From NCBI GenBank assembly GCA_008632985.1, contig QPGO01000169.1:1-64000 (forward strand): a stretch of 64,000 bases of DNA, given 5' to 3'. The translations under genes were made by a program, and so were the position numbers. Each line of letters begins with the position of its first letter. Positions within the stretch are counted from its first letter, which is position 1. Below, one piece after another: positions 63,002 through 64,000 of the stretch. The notes beneath the pieces are model-generated. The model had not been told where the DNA came from. It ran no database searches and saw only the letters and a program-made list of their open reading frames with translations. Origin of the DNA: Psammoneis japonica (taxonomy: Eukaryota).

Positions 63002-63712
63002 TCAACTAACAGTGGTTTCAGGAGATGACCGTTCTGGTGGATCTTCTTTCCACCAGGTGGATTTCTTTTGCTTCTTGCGAGCAGTCTTCTTTTCTTGCAA
63101 TGGCAAAGTCCCACCGTGATCTTCTATCCACTTTTCCAAAAGCTCCTTCCCACTCTTACTTTGGACCTTGGAGATGCACTGCTGGAACAGCTTGCGGTCT
63201 CGGAGCTCCAAGGGTTCCTGCTCTTTCCGTTCTTTTGCCTCGAGTGCCGCGCGAGCCTCATTCTCCTTGCGTTCCTGTTCTCTCTTGATCTTGCAAAAGC
63301 ACTCGGGACACTCCCCCTTGGGGACATCTTCACTCACGCAGAATGCATCACAGAACAACAAATTGCACTCAACGCACGTCAAGCTCCTGTGCTCGTCCTC
63401 CACAGCAATGCCGTGTTCATTCCAGCAGTTCATAAAACAACCGGGACACACTTCGCTAGAATCACATGCCTGGAGAGGGCAGTCCTCACACTTGCAATCT
63501 AAGTAGATGTCGTAATCTTCAATCTCACCCTTCATGCCTGGGCACTGGGAGCAGCGATTAGAGCCACTGTCGTCACACTGGGCAAATTCCTGTTCTTCTT
63601 CGCCGCAATCAGAACAGAGATTTGCTTCGCGACCGCAAGTGTCGCAGCACCATCCAATGTCACAGCAATCCATGCTCCTTGCGGAACAACGATCGCAGTG
63701 GTGCCAACCCAT
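63002..63712 (-). CDS. Hypothetical CxxC-rich protein with coiled-coil tail; possibly a pseudogene
   Basis: 236-aa ORF with repeated CxxC and an acidic/charged composition. It lies in TpA-poor sequence. Confidence 0.45.
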   Translation of the reverse strand: MGWHHCDRCSARSMDCCDIGWCCDTCGREANLCSDCGEEEQEFAQCDDSGSNRCSQCPGMKGEIEDYDIYLDCKCEDCPLQACDSSEVCPGCFMNCWNEHGIAVEDEHRSLTCVECNLLFCDAFCVSEDVPKGECPECFCKIKREQERKENEARAALEAKERKEQEPLELRDRKLFQQCISKVQSKSGKELLEKWIEDHGGTLPLQEKKTARKKQKKSTWWKEDPPERSSPETTVS

Positions 63713-64000
63713 TTCAGTTTCTTTTTTGCGTTCACAATGAAACTTTGTCTGTCATTGGTGTGAATGGTGATGGCTGGCGCGGCTCGCCTTCAACCAGCGA
63801 CGCCAAAGATACTATGAATATCTATTGGTCAACATGACCGAAGATTTAAGATTGTTCGGAACTAGCAGTACCAATCAATCGAACAGTTCAATGACACTAC
63901 AAGCTAATTGATTGAGTGGTATTCTCTCTCTACGAGAGTAGAGTAGATGCAGGATACACGACGTCCACGAGGAAGGTGTTAACAACCAACCAACAAGAGA

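Noticed and set aside
10680..63750. Classical RIP or CpG methylation decay as the sole cause of the TG/CA excess
   Set aside because: RIP creates TpA rather than removing it, and CpG decay cannot convert TA. Aligned pairs show TA lost while many CpGs persist.
1..64000. tRNA, rRNA or other structured ncRNA genes
   Set aside because: None recognised by eye. A covariance-model search would be needed to exclude them.

Overview
Eukaryotic genomic DNA, most likely a diatom or other stramenopile (inferred from ~60-130 bp GT-AG introns, compact genes and the TE families present). Gene islands of normal composition alternate with multi-kb blocks of decayed repeats. The islands hold an MFS transporter, RNA Pol III subunit RPC2, TMEM222, FG-GAP proteins, a RING-H2 protein, a MATE transporter, TMEM65-like, MIC10, a rhomboid-like gene and two Crinkler/RHS-type nuclease genes. 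The repeat blocks hold Copia, Tc1/IS630, PIF/Harbinger, hAT-like remnants, MITEs and gene-fragment duplicates. The main signal is that the repeat blocks have lost almost all TpA dinucleotides. Comparing intact and decayed copies inside this window shows TpA converted to TpG or CpA on both strands, alongside CpG decay and in one pair more completely than it. This points to a repeat- or heterochromatin-targeted A:T->G:C hypermutation running opposite to fungal RIP. A second signal is the same ~250 bp palindromic element about 100 bp upstream of both Crinkler-type genes. All alignments and counts were done by eye, and no database search was run.
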